Shown: positions 51,679-59,730 of the stretch, one piece after another | How the letters are laid out: every line of letters begins with the position of its first letter | Numbering within the stretch: the stretch's first letter is position 1 | Virus record (IMG/VR): IMGVR_UViG_3300024520_000076 | Span: 1 to 59,730 of that record | Source: a virus | Taxonomy: Duplodnaviria > Caudoviricetes | DNA: 59,730 bases | Direction: 5' to 3' (one strand) | Translations under genes and position numbers: made by a program | Notes under the pieces: generated by a model | The model's database searches: none | What the model was told of the DNA's origin: nothing | The model's input: the letters and a program-made list of their open reading frames with translations, nothing else

Positions 51679-53448
51679 CTAAGAGAGCGGCTGATTGCCT
51701 AACACATTTGATAGCTGTTTGATAGACCTCCTGCGCCTTGATCCCTGTACCTTGCCTCCTGTATCAAGAGGGGCTACAGCTACCAGTCCGTGACGTTGTC
51801 TTGCGACATCCAAACAGATGAAGGCAGCATCAGCTAAGTCAGGTGATTTTCCTAGTCTAGCTTTATAATCTGGCTTAGCTTCCAGCTTCATCCTAAGAGT
51901 AGATCCCTTAACCATATCATACTGACGGCCTACAACTTCCTGCGCTAACTCATTATCAATACCATATAGCTGTTTTGTCCTACAGAGTTCCTTGCCCACG
52001 AACCAGAGTTCAGTGACCCTGTTGACGTAGAGTTCATGTCCGACAAGTTTACTATTAGAGCTAACTCTTTTATCAGAAGCCTTACCACCAAATGAAACAC
52101 GAAGTATCTCATCCCCAAACTCAGCCGCAAGTATATCAGCCAAAGGGCTACCAGCGCCTGTTGAGTCTATTCCTAAATCTACGGGCTCTATTTTCCTTTT
52201 CTCGCACTCCTCCTTTATCTGCCGAACAATCTGGTACGAGCGGGGGATCGCTTTGTTGGTGGCATCGTCAGTGAGGGATATGGCTTCATCCAGTTGGCAA
52301 ACAAACTGACCAGAAGTATCATAACCAACAAAGCCAGTATAAAGAATAGTTCTATCTCCTCCGTTGGTAAAGGCGGGGTCACAACCAGCGATGGCTTTAG
52401 GCGTTCCCTGCCACTCAATCTTGCCCATAGCTCCTGACTTAACCAGTTCTGCGTCTGTATAAACACCGTCAGCCTCATCCGCATCAAAGAATACGGCGCG
52501 TACCATTCGGTAATAACCACGGCTTTCCTGCCCTAAAAGGGCTTTATCCTCATCAAGCTTCTCCTGTGTTGGTAACCAAGGGTATATAGTCCTCCCTGCT
52601 AAGATATTAGGTGAGTACTCACCATCATATTTTTTATAAAGACCACCCCACTTCGTCTTCCAGCTATCTTCTGTGTTAGGATCGATGGAGTCCCATCCTT
52701 GGGCGGGTTCGCTCCATTCACCAAACGCATCCCATCTGGAAGCTGGATTAGATAACCCGACTAGACTGAAGGAAGGGTTCTTAGATAGGTTGGAAAGACC
52801 CGCCTGTAAGATAGCGGTAGACAATTCAGATAGCTCGTCTGCAATTAAGATGACGTTCTTCTGTTTGATACCTATAAACTTTCCTATAGCTTCTCTTGTC
52901 TTGCTGCGCTCTGCTGCAATCAAACTAAGGCCAGCTTTTTCTATGAGTGTTCCGTTCTCATTTATATAAGCGACATTACCAATTGAATCCCGAATCTTGA
53001 ACGGCGCTCCATCCAAGACAGTAAGCAAACTGATCACTGAACCCCATATTCTTTTTCGTGCTTCGCGTAACGTGGTTGATGTAAGCAGAACTAAAGTGTC
53101 TTTCGGAGCAGCCAACCAATTCAGGATTCCCCATGCGGCCATCGTATGTGATTTACCTGATGAGGCAGCTCCTCCTATGGAAACATATTTGTTTTTTATT
53201 ACTGCCTGAATCATACTCTCTGCCCAAGGATGTTTTACCATTAAGGGTTCAGGGAGGTCAGCGTTATTCCAAAGCTCGTCGCACAACCTCCAGAAATAAT
53301 ATTCTCTGGCTTGGTCGCTTTCATGGTTAGATAAACCGTATAGCAACCCCGTTATAGTGTTAGTTGCCTTTATTGTTTGTCCTCCTACGTCCATCTTAGA
53401 TGTGTTAGCATCTATTCGTGGTTCATAAATACGTAATGTTTGAGTCAT
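51679..53448 (-). CDS. terL: Terminase large subunit
   Basis: Walker A GAASSGKS, Walker B LIADE, LSNP, nuclease motifs GCDPA, IDSTGAG and SPDLADA. Confidence 0.92.
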   Translation of the reverse strand: MTQTLRIYEPRIDANTSKMDVGGQTIKATNTITGLLYGLSNHESDQAREYYFWRLCDELWNNADLPEPLMVKHPWAESMIQAVIKNKYVSIGGAASSGKSHTMAAWGILNWLAAPKDTLVLLTSTTLREARKRIWGSVISLLTVLDGAPFKIRDSIGNVAYINENGTLIEKAGLSLIAAERSKTREAIGKFIGIKQKNVILIADELSELSTAILQAGLSNLSKNPSFSLVGLSNPASRWDAFGEWSEPAQGWDSIDPNTEDSWKTKWGGLYKKYDGEYSPNILAGRTIYPWLPTQEKLDEDKALLGQESRGYYRMVRAVFFDADEADGVYTDAELVKSGAMGKIEWQGTPKAIAGCDPAFTNGGDRTILYTGFVGYDTSGQFVCQLDEAISLTDDATNKAIPRSYQIVRQIKEECEKRKIEPVDLGIDSTGAGSPLADILAAEFGDEILRVSFGGKASDKRVSSNSKLVGHELYVNRVTELWFVGKELCRTKQLYGIDNELAQEVVGRQYDMVKGSTLRMKLEAKPDYKARLGKSPDLADAAFICLDVARQRHGLVAVAPLDTGGKVQGSRRRRSIKQLSNVLGNQPLS

Positions 53449-53479
53449 TTTATTTGAAATCTATATAATATTATAGTAT

Positions 53480-54121
53480 ATGTTAGTTGCTTTGGCACAA
53501 AAATCTAAAAAATCTAAGTTGCTTAAACATGCACTTGAAATGTATGAGCAGCAATACAAGCTTGTTACTATAGCTAAGGAGCTTGGGATTAATACATCTA
53601 CACTTCGTAGATGGTTAAGGGATGCAGGGGCTCAACCTAAGATAGACCCGCACGGAAGTAATCCTTCTTTGGACGACGACGAACCTGAAGAAGAGGAGTC
53701 CAAAGACCCGTTACAAAAAACTCTGGATGATAACCTTGAGGGTAAAACCGACGAAGCTATTAGGGTTGCTAGGATGGAAGCAAGAGTAGAAGAGGATAAA
53801 AACCTGATGGACGTGGCTCAATCACAATCGACCCCGTCAGATAAGTACCAGTCTTACATGGCTGCTTCTGCTATAAAAATACTACGGGACAGTATAAAGA
53901 ATTTACGTGGGCCGCGTACGGTGAGAGAACTTTCTGAGCTAGACCAGTTAATAAGGAGGAATTTAGGTTTAAATGCTAAGACAGCAGGGGGCTCAGGGAA
54001 ACTACAGATTGATATAAGTATCTTAAACAACGCAAAGGCAGACCGTGGTAATGGGGCGGTTAAAATTGAAAAAGTAGATGAGGATAAAATAATCGATGTT
54101 GACCCAACCGAAGATGCCTGA
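53480..54121 (+). CDS. HTH protein, probable terminase small subunit
   Basis: IAKELGINTSTLRRWL HTH, central helices, C-terminal LQIDISIL strand, adjacent to terL. Confidence 0.6.
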   Translation: MLVALAQKSKKSKLLKHALEMYEQQYKLVTIAKELGINTSTLRRWLRDAGAQPKIDPHGSNPSLDDDEPEEEESKDPLQKTLDDNLEGKTDEAIRVARMEARVEEDKNLMDVAQSQSTPSDKYQSYMAASAIKILRDSIKNLRGPRTVRELSELDQLIRRNLGLNAKTAGGSGKLQIDISILNNAKADRGNGAVKIEKVDEDKIIDVDPTEDA

Positions 54122-54368
54122 GACTAAAGAAGACCCCGAACACCCAATCCTCCTATTCAATGGATTGGAAGATGCCTACATAGGCACAGCGGAACAATAT
54201 GGCAGACCCCCTGTCGCTTGCTACTCTAAACGGATGACGGTAGACATCCTACAAAAGAATTACGACCTAACAAAACAACAAGCTTTCGAGAGATATGAAT
54301 ATGAATACCTACAAACTACTTTTGGGGAAGGGACACCATGTTTCTTAGACGATCTCTTCCAAGAGTGA
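54096..54368 (+). CDS. Conserved phage hypothetical protein, paralog of 2565-2846
   Basis: NGLEDAYIG...VACYS...GEGTPCFL. Confidence 0.7.
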   Translation: MLTQPKMPETKEDPEHPILLFNGLEDAYIGTAEQYGRPPVACYSKRMTVDILQKNYDLTKQQAFERYEYEYLQTTFGEGTPCFLDDLFQE

Positions 54369-54613
54369 TGTTCGAAGACAGGGAGGAGATTAATAATCCT
54401 ACTGTTATGATTCGAAAAGAGCTAGACGTGAAGGAGTTTATTTATATCTCCGAAAAACGTGTTGGGAAATTCTATCGAGTAGTCCCCAACTCAGCTAGAG
54501 AAGTTTTCTACATACAAATGTTACTTAAAAATGTGGATATGTTAGTTCCTCAAGAGGGGGACGGAATGTTAATATCAGCAAGGGCAGTCGAGAGTTGTGA
54601 TTATAGGAGTTGA
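54368..54613 (+). CDS. Hypothetical protein
   Basis: TGATG-coupled start MFEDRE. Confidence 0.6.
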   Translation: MFEDREEINNPTVMIRKELDVKEFIYISEKRVGKFYRVVPNSAREVFYIQMLLKNVDMLVPQEGDGMLISARAVESCDYRS

Positions 54614-55103
54614 TAACGGACTTAACGGAGGGTTGGTCGCCATCTCAAAAGAGACGGGAGCAGTTATTGAAAAGACTGTGATGCCCACACTGCATCGATG
54701 TAAGAAGAACGAAGTGGACACTAGGGCGGTATACGAATGGGTTACGTCTTTAGAATCTGAGTTTATCTTTGCCGTCGAAGAACCCTTGCGCCATGCGAAG
54801 TCTTCCCAAGCTGTGCGTTCAATGGGGATATCATTTGGTAAACTGTTAGGGTTGGCTGAAAGTAGGCAATGGGAGTCCCGTTGTGTTCAAGTCAGGAACT
54901 GGCAACGCTCGATGTTAGGAAGCCTACTGCAATCTCACGACACAAAAAAAGCGGCGTTGATCAAAGCTACCGTACTTGTTCCAGAAGAATGCTGGCAAAA
55001 GAGCAAAAGAGCATCTAAACCCCATGACGGGATGATTGACGCTTTCCTAATAGCCCGCTATATACGCAGGGAATTTACCTTCGTAAAGGGTTTTTCAGAG
55101 TAA
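54597..55103 (+). CDS. RuvC-like Holliday junction resolvase
   Basis: IIGVDNGLNG, AVEEP, SFGKL, HDGMIDAFLIA. Confidence 0.85.
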   Translation: MIIGVDNGLNGGLVAISKETGAVIEKTVMPTLHRCKKNEVDTRAVYEWVTSLESEFIFAVEEPLRHAKSSQAVRSMGISFGKLLGLAESRQWESRCVQVRNWQRSMLGSLLQSHDTKKAALIKATVLVPEECWQKSKRASKPHDGMIDAFLIARYIRREFTFVKGFSE

Positions 55104-55116
55104 GTTAAAATTTTTA

Positions 55117-55144
55117 TTGACCTTTGGTCAAGGTCTTTTACTTT
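55117..55144 (+). promoter_or_regulatory. Putative promoter overlapping a palindrome
   Basis: TTGACC-N16-TACTTT-N6-ATG(55151). TTGACC-TTT-GGTCAA palindrome covers the -35. Confidence 0.6.
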
Positions 55145-55150
55145 GGAGGA

Positions 55151-56446
55151 ATGAAAGAATTATTCCCCGCACAAGCTGATGTGTGTGACTTTTTTGAAGC
55201 GAAGCTAAAGAACAATATATGTACACTGGACTCTAGCTCTGTTGGTACAGGTAAAACTGTAGTCGCCTCCCACCTAGCACTACGTCTTAAAAGACCTGTT
55301 GCCGTCCTTTGCCCCAAATCCGTTATCCCTGCATGGGAACGTGAGCTGGAAGAGGTCGGGATAACTCCTGTGTTTGTCCTCAACTACGAGAAGATAAGAA
55401 CAGGTAACACTCCACACATGACTAAAAGGGGAAAGAAAATTATGAATTGGCATGTGCCAAAGAATACCCTTTTCTTTATTGACGAGATCCATAAATGCAA
55501 AGGGCCGTACACGCAGAATGCACAGCTTATAATAAGCTTAATTAAACAGAAATTTTGCATACATGGCATGTCGGCAACAGCTTCGGAAGACCCTACAGAG
55601 ATGAGGGCGCTTGGGTATATGCTAAATCTACACAGCCTAGCAAAATCCGAAGGTGAATTACATAACTGGTTCCGTTGGATGAAGGCTCACGGTTGCTATC
55701 AGGACGAATGGAATGGTTGGCATTTACGGAAGAAGAATAAACTAGAAAAGATCAAAGAAAGAATCTACGGAGTGGTGGGGGCGAAGCTAACTGTAACTGA
55801 CTTTCCAGAATCTTTTAGGAACAATAGAGTGTTCACCGAACCAATGCAGTTTGGTGACTCCGCAAAGATCATAGCTATTTATAAAAAGTTAGGGCTTACT
55901 CCACAGATTATAAAAGACTTAATAGAAAATGGGACTGTCGATGGGAGTGACCATGTGATTGTTAACATTCTAAGGGCGCGGCAACTAACGGAAGCCTTGA
56001 AAGTTCCTGACTTAGTCACGTATGCGCAAGACCTAGAAGAACAGGGTAACTCTGTAGTGCTGTTCGTTAACTTCAGGGATACAGTTGACGCTCTATGTAA
56101 GCAGTTGGAGTGCCAACCCATTGAAGGGGGGCAGACGATTGAGGAAAGGCAGAAGGTGGTCGATGACTTCCAGAGTGACAAGACACACATAGTCGTTGCC
56201 AACATTGCGGCGGGTGGCACTGGGCTCTCATTACATGATTGTAATGGAGACAGGCCAAGAGTTAGTTTGATATGCCCTTCGTTCAATGCTAAAGACTACC
56301 TCCAAACTTTAGGGCGCATCCACAGAAACGGAGCTAAGTCCGATGCGCTTCAAAAAGTTTTGGTCACATCAGGGTCTATCGAAGAGAACGTCATAGACTC
56401 AATTGAAAGGAAAGTTAACAACATGATAGAATTACATGGAGCGTGA
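55151..56446 (+). CDS. SF2 (SNF2-like) helicase
   Basis: VGTGKT, DEIH, SAT, AGGTGLSL, QTLGRIHR. Confidence 0.9.
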   Translation: MKELFPAQADVCDFFEAKLKNNICTLDSSSVGTGKTVVASHLALRLKRPVAVLCPKSVIPAWERELEEVGITPVFVLNYEKIRTGNTPHMTKRGKKIMNWHVPKNTLFFIDEIHKCKGPYTQNAQLIISLIKQKFCIHGMSATASEDPTEMRALGYMLNLHSLAKSEGELHNWFRWMKAHGCYQDEWNGWHLRKKNKLEKIKERIYGVVGAKLTVTDFPESFRNNRVFTEPMQFGDSAKIIAIYKKLGLTPQIIKDLIENGTVDGSDHVIVNILRARQLTEALKVPDLVTYAQDLEEQGNSVVLFVNFRDTVDALCKQLECQPIEGGQTIEERQKVVDDFQSDKTHIVVANIAAGGTGLSLHDCNGDRPRVSLICPSFNAKDYLQTLGRIHRNGAKSDALQKVLVTSGSIEENVIDSIERKVNNMIELHGA

Positions 56447-57002
56447 AAATAAAATAATTGCAAAGCATATCCCCCAAGATCTTTTAGCTATTGTTAGATA
56501 TGAAAATGGTGTCTTGTTTTACACCGTGAATAGAGGCCCGAAGAAAGCAGGAGACGTTGCGGGTGGTCTATATAGCCCCTCAAAAGGTAGTACTAAAAGG
56601 GGAAGGAGAACAAGATGGAGATTAAAATTTAAAGGTAAGGAGTACTATAGAGCAAGAGTTGTGTGGTCTTTATTCAACGGAGACGCAGAAAAAATGCTCG
56701 ATCATATAAATAATAATACTTTAGATGATAGAATAGAAAATTTAAGGGAGTGTACCAACGGCCAAAACCAAGCAAATCGTAAGGAGACAAAAAGCAAAAC
56801 AGGAGTAAAAGGACTACGGCGGCAAAAGTTTAAAAGGAGGGACGGCTCCTACCATGTAGTATATGTTGGAGTAGTGGACCATAACGGTAGACGACACTGT
56901 ACGCCTAGATCTCCTGATACAGAAGAAGGAAAAGCAAAAGCTGTGGCCGCACTCAGAATGTTAAGGGCCTCATTGCACAAAGAATTTACACATCATGGAT
57001 AA
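56436..57002 (+). CDS. HNH homing endonuclease
   Basis: LDHINNNTLDDRIENLRECTNGQNQAN, then TGVKG and an AP2-like tail. Confidence 0.85.
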   Translation: MERENKIIAKHIPQDLLAIVRYENGVLFYTVNRGPKKAGDVAGGLYSPSKGSTKRGRRTRWRLKFKGKEYYRARVVWSLFNGDAEKMLDHINNNTLDDRIENLRECTNGQNQANRKETKSKTGVKGLRRQKFKRRDGSYHVVYVGVVDHNGRRHCTPRSPDTEEGKAKAVAALRMLRASLHKEFTHHG

Positions 57003-58113
57003 TCAACCCGATCACGGAAGTAGAGGACACGCAGACTTTAGTCCATCAAGTCTTAAATATGTAGCTGGCTGTTCTGGCTACGAAGGTAGGTCAGGCACAA
57101 ACGCCGCCGCTGAGAAAGGAACACGGATACACGAAGCCCTAGAGGTACGTGACCCCTCTGCCCTGCACGATGAAGACGAAGTACTGATTTATGAAGCAAT
57201 AGTCGAGCAGGAGGAAAAATACATAAAGGACTTTGCCAAAGGAGAATCCTACGTAGAGGAGAATGAGATCCTTTTGGATGTAGACTTAGACAATACAGCT
57301 ACGTGGGGAACTTGTGACAGGCTTATAACTTTTGGTAATAGAGCCATACTAGCTGATTATAAAACAGGGGTCAGTGTAATTGACGAACCAAAAAAGAATT
57401 GGCAAGCTAAAGCCTACACAGTAGGGGCGTTCCAGAGATATCCTGAACTAGAGGAGATTACATTTGTGTTTTATATCCCTGTGAGGAAAGAAGTGTTGGA
57501 AGGAACTTTCTCAAGGGATGAGCTACCTATCTTAATTAAACAACTTGCTGACGTTATCCGTAACGGAGAGAAGATCCGACCGCAGTGGGATGGAGGTTCC
57601 CCCGAGCCAGAGAGCCTTTCTCCTACAGTTAACTGTAGGTTCTGCAAGCACGAAGGATACTGCCCATCATTGGGAGGACTAGCCGAAGAGATTGTTCAAA
57701 GGATATCAGGGGACTCACTACCTAAAGAAGACTTAAACGACCCACAAGACCCTAAAACTGTAGAGCATCTATATGTGGTAGCGAAGGTAATGGAGAACTG
57801 GGCGAAGAGGATAAAGGAGAAGGCGGTAACGATGGCTAAAGAAGGGGTCGAATTCGATACACTGAAGCTGAAGTCTATGGGAGCTACCCGTAAGTGCACG
57901 GATAATTTGAAACTCGTGGAAATAGCTAAAGAGCATGACCTCAGTGAAGAGGACTTAATTAATTTGATTACTATACCCCTGAAGAAAGTAGCTAATGCTG
58001 TGGGGGATATGGCTCCTAAAGGAGAAAAAGGAGAAAGATCAAGATCTTTTCTTGACGCTGTTGAAATCAATGGCATCATAGAAACGTCAGAAGAGAGGTT
58101 TACCCTTTCTTAA
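56995..58113 (+). CDS. Cas4-like/DUF2800 PD-(D/E)xK exonuclease
   Basis: HADFSPSS...C, GTRIHE, GTCD, ADYKTG, CRFC...C. Confidence 0.85.
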   Translation: MDNQPDHGSRGHADFSPSSLKYVAGCSGYEGRSGTNAAAEKGTRIHEALEVRDPSALHDEDEVLIYEAIVEQEEKYIKDFAKGESYVEENEILLDVDLDNTATWGTCDRLITFGNRAILADYKTGVSVIDEPKKNWQAKAYTVGAFQRYPELEEITFVFYIPVRKEVLEGTFSRDELPILIKQLADVIRNGEKIRPQWDGGSPEPESLSPTVNCRFCKHEGYCPSLGGLAEEIVQRISGDSLPKEDLNDPQDPKTVEHLYVVAKVMENWAKRIKEKAVTMAKEGVEFDTLKLKSMGATRKCTDNLKLVEIAKEHDLSEEDLINLITIPLKKVANAVGDMAPKGEKGERSRSFLDAVEINGIIETSEERFTLS

Positions 58114-58149
58114 ACTAAAATAATAAAAATAAAAATAAAAATAAGACTA

Positions 58150-58806
58150 ATGCCAAAGACAAAAATAGTAGAAGTAAATAAAGAAGAACTAGCGGCCCCA
58201 AGTGCGCCGCCAAGACTAGCGATATCCGCAGAGGACATCGAAATTCCAAGACTCAATGTAATTCAAGGGTCATCGGAAATTGAAGGAGATGAGGGAGCCC
58301 TTGTCATTAATAGAACACACACCATTATGCCGACAGGAGGGTCACTAGTTGTTATCCCCATAACGGCACAAAAAGGATGGGCTGAAAATGTCCCGTTTGG
58401 TTCTAACGATATAGCTAGAATAGCTAATACACCCGAAGAGAAGTTATCAATCGAAGAGGATTCCCAATATGGGACAATCGAGTTTGCTGATATCACGGTG
58501 CTGATTCCCGAACCAGAAGGTGTCGGAGAAGATGTAGCGGATGCATTCCCATTTCCTATTGGGGAGACTACTTATGCGATGGGCAAACTGCACGTAAGGA
58601 AAGCCGCTTACAGGAATACATTCAAAAGACTTGGACTCTTCCAAGCTATGAATCCTGACTCTCCTTTGTGTAAGAACCACTGGAAGTTCCAAGCTGACCA
58701 AGTGACAGCTAATAGGAATAGCTGGTACATCCCACAGATAACTCCAACAAAAGCGGAGACTGATCAGGATGTTATCGACTTCGTATCAAGAATCTTACCT
58801 TCATAA
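58150..58806 (+). CDS. Putative ssDNA-binding/replication accessory protein
   Basis: DIEIPRLNVIQG...NRNSWYIP, between exonuclease and polymerase. Confidence 0.55.
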   Translation: MPKTKIVEVNKEELAAPSAPPRLAISAEDIEIPRLNVIQGSSEIEGDEGALVINRTHTIMPTGGSLVVIPITAQKGWAENVPFGSNDIARIANTPEEKLSIEEDSQYGTIEFADITVLIPEPEGVGEDVADAFPFPIGETTYAMGKLHVRKAAYRNTFKRLGLFQAMNPDSPLCKNHWKFQADQVTANRNSWYIPQITPTKAETDQDVIDFVSRILPS

Positions 58807-58808
58807 TT

Positions 58809-59012
58809 ATGAGCGAAGAAATAAGCATAGAAGATAAGATAGCGATTCTCCAAAAAGAATTGCTAGAAGTAGACAAAATCAGAGATGAAATTGGAACTAA
58901 GATAGAAGAACTCCAAGGAGCTGACGCTAAAATGGGAACACTAACTGAGGCGTTCATAACGCATATACATGCACTGGAAAAACATCAGGAAGCCCAACCT
59001 GAACTTATATAA
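58809..59012 (+). CDS. Small coiled-coil protein
   Basis: 67 aa with heptad pattern. Confidence 0.6.
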   Translation: MSEEISIEDKIAILQKELLEVDKIRDEIGTKIEELQGADAKMGTLTEAFITHIHALEKHQEAQPELI

Positions 59013-59017
59013 AAATT

Positions 59018-59116
59018 GTAGGTTGTGCTTCGTTTCACAGCCTACCTGATCCCGTGGGGGGATCAGAGAGGGAATGGCCCGTCTATGTGTTCTATCTTTC
59101 TACACGTAGGCGGGCC
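59018..59116 (+). promoter_or_regulatory. Three consecutive hairpins upstream of the polymerase
   Basis: Stems at 59018-59045, 59046-59066 and 59076-59116 (15 bp, two G-U). Confidence 0.6.
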
Positions 59117-59132
59117 GACTCACGATTAAATT

Positions 59133-59730
59133 ATGGATACAATTGCAATAGACTTTGAAAGTTACTACGACAGAGAATGCTCAATAAAAGTATTAGGGCT
59201 CCTTGGTTATTTTTCTCATCACGCCTTTGATGCTTATAGAGTAAGTGCCGTAGGTGACGAAGGGACTAACTTTGTAGGTTGTCCTAAGACTGAGTTCGAC
59301 TGGTCAACCATAGAAGGTAAACTGGTAGTAGCTCATAACGCACAATTTGATGAGACGCTTTACCTGTATGGCGTAGATAAAAAGTGGTGGCCTTATTATA
59401 AGTACGACCAATGGATGTGTACAGCGGATCTAGCCGCTTTTTGTGGGCTACCTAGGTCACTAAAAGGGGCTACAACCACTTTGTACGACTTAGAAGTGGA
59501 TAAATCCACACGGGATAATATGTCGGGTAAGCGCTGGGAGGATATGTCCAAAGAGTTTCAAAAAGAAGTAGACGAGTACGCGCTGAAAGATTCCGAATTA
59601 TGTTTAAAGCTGTGGCAGGATCTAGAAGGAGACTGGCCCGAGCATGAAAGGCAGATCAGTTTAACAAACAGAAGGTGTGTCCAACGTGGAATCCCCATAG
59701 ATACGAAACTCCTCCTCGAACAACAGAAAG
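59133..59730 (+). CDS. Family A DNA polymerase, N-terminal 3'-5' exonuclease part (runs off window)
   Basis: MDTIAIDFESYY (ExoI), AHNAQFD (ExoII), EYALKDS (ExoIII), RGIPID. Confidence 0.9.
   Translation, partial: MDTIAIDFESYYDRECSIKVLGLLGYFSHHAFDAYRVSAVGDEGTNFVGCPKTEFDWSTIEGKLVVAHNAQFDETLYLYGVDKKWWPYYKYDQWMCTADLAAFCGLPRSLKGATTTLYDLEVDKSTRDNMSGKRWEDMSKEFQKEVDEYALKDSELCLKLWQDLEGDWPEHERQISLTNRRCVQRGIPIDTKLLLEQQK

Noticed and set aside
38065-53330. Many + strand ORFs antisense to the giant gene, ejection proteins and terL (and similar ones elsewhere)
   Set aside because: Shadow frames of long genes, S/L/F-rich, with no motifs.
1-59730. Prophage/lysogeny module, inteins, IS elements, alternative genetic code
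   Set aside because: No integrase, CI-like repressor, transposase or intein motifs seen, and the long ORFs read through in the standard code.

Overview
The window is an almost complete (~60 kb) genome of a tailed dsDNA bacteriophage, apparently circularly permuted. A family-A DNA polymerase gene is broken across the two window ends. No integrase, repressor, tRNA or rRNA is visible, so it looks lytic. Amidase plus spanin-like genes point to a Gram-negative host. Layout: replication block (+; 53.5 kb-end, 1-2.8 kb); portal/scaffold/capsid/tail/lysis block (-; 2.8-25.4 kb); a ~1.6 kb non-coding region packed with repeats and hairpins (25.4-27.0 kb); a strongly A-rich early operon (+; 27.1-33.9 kb) ending in a terminator; a second repeat-rich control region (33.9-34.4 kb); more small early genes; and a second late block (-) with a 3564-aa polyvalent protein, two likely ejection proteins and TerL. 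The most unusual elements are: (1) a ~1.15 kb densely folded non-coding element with a pseudoknot and alternative pairings, just upstream of the A-rich operon, which is bracketed by copies of a ~31-bp motif; (2) a cassette of NAD/nucleotide-conflict domains inside the giant protein, containing a 31-bp in-frame direct repeat; (3) a 1979-aa fibre with nested domain insertions; (4) a recurring TTGnnn-N16-TAnnnT promoter 5-9 nt before start codons (near-leaderless mRNAs). All domain calls are from motifs recognised by eye; no searches or folding programs were run.
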